Assembly: GCA_963835575.1 (NCBI GenBank)
Contig: CAWIGG010000004.1
Coordinates: forward strand, 736,001-800,000
Direction of reading: 5' to 3'
Source: an uncultured Spirochaetota bacterium
GTDB lineage: Bacteria; Spirochaetota; Brevinematia; Brevinematales; JAOACQ01
Length of the DNA: 64,000 bases
This document shows positions 58,429 to 64,000 of this stretch, one piece after another. Position 1 is the first letter of the stretch. Each line of letters starts with the position of its first letter. The notes under the pieces are model-generated. The model did not search any database. It worked only from the letters and a program-made list of their open reading frames with translations, and had not been told where the DNA came from. Made by a program: the position numbers and the translations under genes.

Positions 58429-59730
58429 ATGAATGTGAATAAAACAGTTCTTATCATTCTTATTTTTGCCGGTGTTTATACTTACGGGGCCGAAGGGGAT
58501 ATAGAGAGCCTGTATAACGCGAAGCTTTTTAACACGCAGAATTTTTATGTGTTTAAAAGCGCGCTTGACCCTGATTCTATACTGCCTGTCAGCGACGGGT
58601 ATTCCGGAATGATGAAATATTACCTGGACTCTCAAATCAAGGTAAAAGACCTTTCCTTTTACGCCGCGGATTACGGCTTTTTCCAGCTGATGAAAAGCGC
58701 CGTTTTAACCAACAAGATTGTTGAATTATTTTTATCTTATAAAATGGGCATTTGTTTTATTGACGCCGGAAAGAAAAAAATAACCCAGAGCGCCAGCTTT
58801 TTAAAATCGCCTATCGATTTTGTCCTGAATTCAACCAAAGACATTTCGAAAGACAGGGATTATAATCTCGAATTCGCCGAAGGCAAATTTATGGCTAATC
58901 TGGACCTGTTTTCCGACTTCGGTGTTTTCGGCATATGCTGCATTCCTGAAATGGATTTTACGAATGACGGAATAACCTATTTTTCCAGTCCTCAGGCGGA
59001 ACAGGAGGAATTCCGTTATTCCGTCAATCTGTCCGGCGTTGACGCGGGTCTGGCCGTTTCCCATGATAAATCATGGCAGGCGGGGGCGAATCTTTCCTTC
59101 ACGTTTCTGGAATTCTTTGAATTTCACGCGGAAGGGGCCTATCTGCAGAATAAGGATGTATTACGGATCCGGACCAATAGAATAATAATCGGCTATAATC
59201 CGGTCCTGATGGAAAATATCACAGCCGATCTATTAACGAATGTTGTTCAGACTGTAAATGACGCAACAGAATTCATTATCGGCGGAAGTTATAATAATGA
59301 ATATATCAACCTGATGATTGAATATTACTTTAACCCTTCCGGTTATAATTATGACGAATGGAAAGACATATTAAAAACCGCGAGGGATCAAAGGAAAAAG
59401 TATGATGGGGACAAAAGCGATATTTTCAATCAGATAAATCTGGGGACGCTTCAAAACCATATTTATTCCCCGGGAATTGCCGAACTCTGCGAGCATTATC
59501 TGATGATCAGGATCACAAACCCGCCTTCGGAAAAATCAGGCCTTTCCGCCGTTGCGCTCTTTAATCTGCAGGACCTGAGCGGGATTTTTATACCGGGCGT
59601 CTGTTATACCGGATGGGACCATCTTTCCTTGTCGGTAAACGCTTCCTTCTCTTTCGGCGATGATTACAGCGAGTTTAAACTGTTGGGGCAGGATTGGGCG
59701 GTCAGCCTGGAAGTGGAAATATTTTTATAG
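58429..59730 (+). CDS. Putative outer-membrane beta-barrel protein
   Basis: Signal peptide, amphipathic strands, EYYFN..GY, G..YSEF near the C-terminus. Confidence 0.7.
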   Translation: MNVNKTVLIILIFAGVYTYGAEGDIESLYNAKLFNTQNFYVFKSALDPDSILPVSDGYSGMMKYYLDSQIKVKDLSFYAADYGFFQLMKSAVLTNKIVELFLSYKMGICFIDAGKKKITQSASFLKSPIDFVLNSTKDISKDRDYNLEFAEGKFMANLDLFSDFGVFGICCIPEMDFTNDGITYFSSPQAEQEEFRYSVNLSGVDAGLAVSHDKSWQAGANLSFTFLEFFEFHAEGAYLQNKDVLRIRTNRIIIGYNPVLMENITADLLTNVVQTVNDATEFIIGGSYNNEYINLMIEYYFNPSGYNYDEWKDILKTARDQRKKYDGDKSDIFNQINLGTLQNHIYSPGIAELCEHYLMIRITNPPSEKSGLSAVALFNLQDLSGIFIPGVCYTGWDHLSLSVNASFSFGDDYSEFKLLGQDWAVSLEVEIFL

Positions 59731-59738
59731 GGGGTTTT

Positions 59739-60953
59739 ATGAAATATTTTATCATATTTTCAATTTTATTTATGTTTTCGAACCTCTGGTCCTTGACCAT
59801 CAATAAAATCAAAGTGATAGGAAATACCCATACAAAAACTGAGACGATACTGGCTTTTGTTCCGGAGCTGAGGGAAAAAAATGAATATACTGAAGAGGAG
59901 TTAAAAGCCATTGCTCTGAGAGGAAAGGAAAGGCTCAATCTGACAGGCTGGTTCTATAAAGCGGATATTTATATCGCGCCGTCAAAAGAGGGCGATGATT
60001 ATAAAAATATCATTATTGAAGTGGAGGAGGGTTTTTTGTACCGCTTCGGCGGCGGTCCTATTTACGGCATGTACGGTATGGACAATGTGTTCGGGAGCGG
60101 GGAATATTATTCGGCCCAGCTGGGCTGGAATGCCCAGTATATCGAGGCGGGAAGCCTGTTCCTGACAAAAAATCTGTTCTTTAAGGCTGGAATAGGTAAT
60201 TTGCCCGGCGGTTATTATTCCAATAACGGCGCTCAATATCAATGGACAGCCCTGCAGAATATCGGCGGAGAGCTTGAGGCCGGATACAGGATCAACTATG
60301 ACTTCAGCTTGAGTTTATTGAACAACATTAATATGCTCTATACAGAGGATTATTCCTCTCTAGTCAATTACTACAGCGCCGGAGCGAAGGCCCAAATTGA
60401 TGCGAGGTCCGATCTTTATTCTTCATCAAGAGGCCATTTTATGGAATTGAAATACAGCGCCGTTATTCCACTAAACACAGGATTGAAACCGTTCAGCCGG
60501 ATTGAACTGGATGTCAGAAAGTATTTTTCAATCATTCCTGTTTATAATAAACTAATCCTGGCTCTAAAATTCGGGGCGGGATATCAGGATGATGTTTCAC
60601 AGCCTGATTATTTAAAACTTCCATTAGCCGGGATCGACGGGATAAGGAATTTAAATATACCGGACCTGAACGGGAATGTCATAGTGGATGGAAAGGCCGA
60701 ATTGCGCTGGGATTTTTTTGAGACGGAGTTTTTCGGGATATTCAATACGGATTTTGAGGTCATGTCATTTTTCGATTCGGGGGAAGCGGTTAATGATTTC
60801 AATGGATTGTCCGGAGACAGGCTGCAATTTGCATTCGGCCTGGGATTGCGCGTTTTTTTTGAAGCGCCGGTTTATATTCCTCTCAGGCTGGAAATAGGCT
60901 GGGATAAAAACGGCAATAACTCCCTCTTTTTCAGTATGAGCGCGCCTTTTTAG
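59739..60953 (+). CDS. Omp85 (BamA/TamA)-family protein with a single POTRA domain
   Basis: INKIKVIGNTHTK...I POTRA start; FFDSG, GLGLR, PLRLE; C-terminal F. Confidence 0.8.
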   Translation: MKYFIIFSILFMFSNLWSLTINKIKVIGNTHTKTETILAFVPELREKNEYTEEELKAIALRGKERLNLTGWFYKADIYIAPSKEGDDYKNIIIEVEEGFLYRFGGGPIYGMYGMDNVFGSGEYYSAQLGWNAQYIEAGSLFLTKNLFFKAGIGNLPGGYYSNNGAQYQWTALQNIGGELEAGYRINYDFSLSLLNNINMLYTEDYSSLVNYYSAGAKAQIDARSDLYSSSRGHFMELKYSAVIPLNTGLKPFSRIELDVRKYFSIIPVYNKLILALKFGAGYQDDVSQPDYLKLPLAGIDGIRNLNIPDLNGNVIVDGKAELRWDFFETEFFGIFNTDFEVMSFFDSGEAVNDFNGLSGDRLQFAFGLGLRVFFEAPVYIPLRLEIGWDKNGNNSLFFSMSAPF

Positions 60954-61012
60954 AAAGAGAGAATTGTTTGGTTTTGTGTTATAATAGGTTCAAATATAAG
61001 GAGGAAAATAAA

Positions 61013-61588
61013 ATGACAGTTTTTGACATCATACTGATAATTGTTTCATTTTTATGGGTTTTATCGGAGGTAATTCTTAATATTTCCAGAAGGGTTAAAA
61101 ACGGCAGGAAAGACAAAATCAGTTTCCAGCTGATATTTGTGGTCATATCCGTCAGTGTGTGCATTGGAGTGTTTATTTATGTCTATTCGAGAATACATGA
61201 TTTGAGATGGTTATATCTGTCTAATATTTATATAAGCATTGCCGGATTAATCCTGATAATAACAGGGATTATAATAAGATGGACGGCCATACTGACCTTA
61301 AAGCGTTATTTCAGCGTTAATGTCACGATTATTGACGACCACAAGATCATCAAATCGGGAATGTATAAATGGATACGGCACCCGGCATATACGGGATCCT
61401 TGCTTTCAATTTTAGGGCTGGGTTTATCCTATTCCAACTGGCTGAGTTTGATTGTTATATTTATTCCTGTTTTAACAATATTTATTCTGAGGATAAAAGC
61501 GGAGGAAAAAGTATTAATGGAACATTTCGGTAAGGAATACAAAGAATACCGGAAAGAAACAAAATATTTGATACCCTTTGTTTTTTAA
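61013..61588 (+). CDS. Isoprenylcysteine carboxyl methyltransferase (ICMT/PEMT) family protein
   Basis: H.II.SGMYKWIRHPAYTG, RI..EE..L...FG.EY..Y. Confidence 0.9.
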   Translation: MTVFDIILIIVSFLWVLSEVILNISRRVKNGRKDKISFQLIFVVISVSVCIGVFIYVYSRIHDLRWLYLSNIYISIAGLILIITGIIIRWTAILTLKRYFSVNVTIIDDHKIIKSGMYKWIRHPAYTGSLLSILGLGLSYSNWLSLIVIFIPVLTIFILRIKAEEKVLMEHFGKEYKEYRKETKYLIPFVF

Positions 61589-61648
61589 AATTCATTGCTT
61601 AATTGCCGATAGATTACAAGTATCAGATTTTTTAAGGGCAATGAATAT

Positions 61649-62200
61649 ATGAAAGTAAAACTGCTGTGTTCTGAAGCTGTCGGCAGAGTGGCTGCGGAGC
61701 TTTTAAAATCCAGGGGCTTTGAGATTGACGATCATTCTTTATATTCTTTTATAGAAAGAGGCCTGCCCGTCCCCGATGAGGGCGTCCATATTTTGTTTGA
61801 CGGGAAAAACCTGAGCGACCTGCTGGACTTTCTGGACGGTTTCCTGAAGAACAGGGATTTAATAAAAGAAATGGATGTGATCATCGGCAGGAAAAAAGGC
61901 AATTACCAGCCGCTGGAAGTAAAATCCCTTTATTATTTCCAGGCGGACGGGAATACGATCTACTGCTATACGGAAAGCGATAAATTCGAGATCCAAAAAA
62001 AGCTTTATGAGATAGAAGAAGATCTGTCCCGGCAGGGGTTTACACGGATCAATAAATCGGTCATTATCAATATTATGCTGGTGAGCGAGATCATTCCCTG
62101 GTTCGGCGGGAGACTTTTATTGAAGCTGAAGAAAAAAAGCGAGGAGCTGGAAGTATCCAGGAATTATGTGAAAAGTTTTAAGGAATTTCTGGGATTATAG
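61649..62200 (+). CDS. LytTR-family transcriptional regulator lacking a canonical receiver domain
   Basis: YYFQAD, KKLYEIEE.L...GFTRINKS.IIN, LEVSRNYVKSFK.FLG. Confidence 0.9.
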   Translation: MKVKLLCSEAVGRVAAELLKSRGFEIDDHSLYSFIERGLPVPDEGVHILFDGKNLSDLLDFLDGFLKNRDLIKEMDVIIGRKKGNYQPLEVKSLYYFQADGNTIYCYTESDKFEIQKKLYEIEEDLSRQGFTRINKSVIINIMLVSEIIPWFGGRLLLKLKKKSEELEVSRNYVKSFKEFLGL

Positions 62201-62208
62201 AGGGTTTT

Positions 62209-62616
62209 ATGAAAAACTGGAAGGAAGCAGTAGTAACCATTTTCATTTCGGGCATTATCGGCGCCATGGTCGGTCTGCCGATTATTATTATAGAAACAAA
62301 AAGCGTTTTTAATTATTATTTACTTTTCAGCGCCATTGCCGGAATGGTCATCGGCATCCTGTCCAGATGGCTTTTTATGTTCTTTTACCGTAATCTGAAA
62401 GAAAACGCGTTTTTTGCTTTTACCGCCATTATAATTATCAACGGACTCTGTACTTTTCTGATAACATATCTCTTCGGCGTCAGAAATATTCTATATTATA
62501 TTTTTTTGATCGGAATTGCGCAATTGCTGGGAAACAGTTTCGCGTTTATGATGTACAGGTACAATATCAAACTTAATGAAAAACTAAAAGAAACCCAGGA
62601 AAAGTTCAAGGGATAA
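62209..62616 (+). CDS. Four-TM membrane protein (DUF3021-like LytTR partner)
   Basis: Four hydrophobic segments, C-terminal KLNEKLKE coiled tail, directly after the LytTR gene. Confidence 0.65.
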   Translation: MKNWKEAVVTIFISGIIGAMVGLPIIIIETKSVFNYYLLFSAIAGMVIGILSRWLFMFFYRNLKENAFFAFTAIIIINGLCTFLITYLFGVRNILYYIFLIGIAQLLGNSFAFMMYRYNIKLNEKLKETQEKFKG

Positions 62617-62697
62617 ATTACCCGGACAAAAATTCCATTTTAAACATAGGCACTTCAAAATTCAATTTATTTTTAAATTTTATTAATTATCATTGCT

Positions 62698-62726
62698 TTG
62701 ACACATTTATCCATAATAAATAAAAT
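62698..62726 (+). promoter_or_regulatory. Sigma70-type promoter
   Basis: TTGACA-N17-TAAAAT. Confidence 0.7.
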
Positions 62727-62765
62727 ATTTCAGCTTAATTATTAATACGTAATTTGGAGTTAATA

Positions 62766-63620
62766 ATGAAAAGAATTTTATTTATTCTGGCTGCCATTCA
62801 TTGCATCCCGGCTTTTATTTTTCCGGCCCCTGTCTATAACGGCTCGGAAGGTTATATAACGGCGCCTTCCGCTGAGGTATTGTCCAACGGCACCGTGTCC
62901 GCCGCCTTAAAATACACCTACATGGATACTTTTACCGGGGCCGTCAATATTGTACTATTGCCTGGTTTTGAAGCCGGCGCCGGCTGGGATGTCAATACAA
63001 GCCCTCAAAGTCCGGTCCTTGCGGGCGTCAAATACCAATTCCTTGATAATCCAGCGCTGGCCGTCGGCTTTACAGGTGAAATAAGCACGGGGCAGGGGCA
63101 GAATTATTATACCATCTATATTGCTCTGCAGGAAAAAATGCCCGGCTTTGACACCACGCTTTCCTTCGGCTATACGGTCGGGATGGAAACGCTTCTCAAT
63201 TTCTCCATAGGCTTTCAAAAAGAGCTCTTCATTCCCCAGTTCTGCCTGATCGGGGATTTTTCGAATTATCCCTATAAGTATTTTCCCGCCGTTTCCTATA
63301 ATAGTCCCGCGCGAGGAATAGTGAATCTTGGTCTGAGGCTCTATCCATTTTCCTTTTTATCGATTGATATAATAGGGCTGGATGTCATGGATGGCGAGAG
63401 GGATTTCGCGGCGGGGGTGAATTTTAGTTGGGATTTGTGGGGAGTGAGGGGAACAAAGGATAGCCACGCACAGAGAACACGGAGAGTGAGTTATTTAGAG
63501 GTATCCTATTATAGGTATTCGATGTCTGATGGTAATAGTACATTAGAATTAAACACGAAGAACACGAAGGACCACGAAGAAGGAATCGAACCGCGAATGC
63601 ACGCGAATAAACGCGAATGA
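62766..63620 (+). CDS. Putative outer-membrane beta-barrel (YjbH-like N-terminus) with a repeat-derived C-terminal tail
   Basis: Signal peptide, G..GYITAPSAEVL..G; barrel-like sequence ends near AGVNFSW, remainder reads through tandem repeats. Confidence 0.65.
   Translation: MKRILFILAAIHCIPAFIFPAPVYNGSEGYITAPSAEVLSNGTVSAALKYTYMDTFTGAVNIVLLPGFEAGAGWDVNTSPQSPVLAGVKYQFLDNPALAVGFTGEISTGQGQNYYTIYIALQEKMPGFDTTLSFGYTVGMETLLNFSIGFQKELFIPQFCLIGDFSNYPYKYFPAVSYNSPARGIVNLGLRLYPFSFLSIDIIGLDVMDGERDFAAGVNFSWDLWGVRGTKDSHAQRTRRVSYLEVSYYRYSMSDGNSTLELNTKNTKDHEEGIEPRMHANKRE
63552..63620 (+). repeat. Short tandem trimers, 9-10-bp period
   Basis: AACACGAAG AACACGAAG GACCACGAAG; CCGCGAATGC ACGCGAATAA ACGCGAATGA. 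Confidence 0.75.
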
Positions 63621-63671
63621 GGAACAACGGGGGACGGTGGGGAATTGTTGGGGAAATGAAGAAGCCACACT

Positions 63672-63770
63672 CAGACTGTGTGAAAAGTCGGTGTTTTGCA
63701 TCGTAATTCTATATTTTTCGTTCCGTAACTTCAATAAATACGTGGCGAAAAATAGTTTTCACACAGTCTG
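63672..63770. mobile_element. Putative MITE (99 bp)
   Basis: Perfect terminal IRs CAGACTGTGTGAAAA / TTTTCACACAGTCTG; ACT on both sides. Confidence 0.65.
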
Positions 63771-63789
63771 ACTGAGTGCTGAGCGGTTT

Positions 63790-63899
63790 CCTCGGTAGTA
63801 CTGCTGAAAGAAGAAGCGGTAAACTCGGGAACCGGGCGTTTCAATATCGAAAGCCCGGTCGCCGAGTTCACCGTTCCCTGCTTTGCCGCACTACCGAGG
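63790..63899. repeat. GC-rich nested stem-loop element
   Basis: CCTCGGTAGT/ACTACCGAGG enclosing CGGTAAACTCGG/CCGAGTTCACCG and ACCGGGC/GCCCGGT. Confidence 0.6.
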
Positions 63900-64000
63900 C
63901 GACCGGATCAGAAGAATTGATTTTAAGAAAAAAAGGAGAACAAGGCCGGACGCTGAGTAACCGCTGTTTTATAACACGGTCACTTCGATGCTTCGACCCG

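Noticed and set aside
63552..63620. Possible CRISPR array
   Set aside because: Units are 9-10 bp with no unique spacers, and no cas genes are in the window
1..64000. tRNA or rRNA genes
   Set aside because: No cloverleaf or rRNA-like sequence recognised in the intergenic regions by eye

Overview
Bacterial chromosomal window, probably a spirochaete (inferred from a DUF5312-like protein, a small DUF3996-like beta-barrel, FlgM and a giant FlgD-Ig/OmpA protein). About 1-35 kb is mostly housekeeping: uvrA 3' end, class III ribonucleotide reductase, dnaG-rpoD, speD, a cyclophilin, hflX, a Gld-like ABC system, folD, rsmI, flgM and der, with one intact IS (17332-19097, 6-bp TSD). About 35-64 kb is accessory: a MocR-headed GNAT/redox cluster, tkt, glycerol-1-phosphate dehydrogenase with an orphan GatC, an orphan MNT antitoxin, a RAYT-like HUH transposase coupled to a type IIG restriction-modification gene, and an 11-gene envelope cluster ending in a LytTR/membrane-protein pair. 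The most unusual signals are: (1) a dispersed family of modular intergenic elements (1223, 11398, 53230, 57507, solo hairpin 4923) whose central GTGG-footed hairpin keeps its geometry despite sequence turnover, plus a CCCTCACC..GGTGAGGG hairpin module nested inside unrelated hairpins; (2) an NrdD whose glycyl-radical domain is a separate 50-aa gene; (3) a 21-bp-period LytTR-type direct repeat upstream of the envelope cluster. All family assignments come from motif recognition by eye; no database searches were run.
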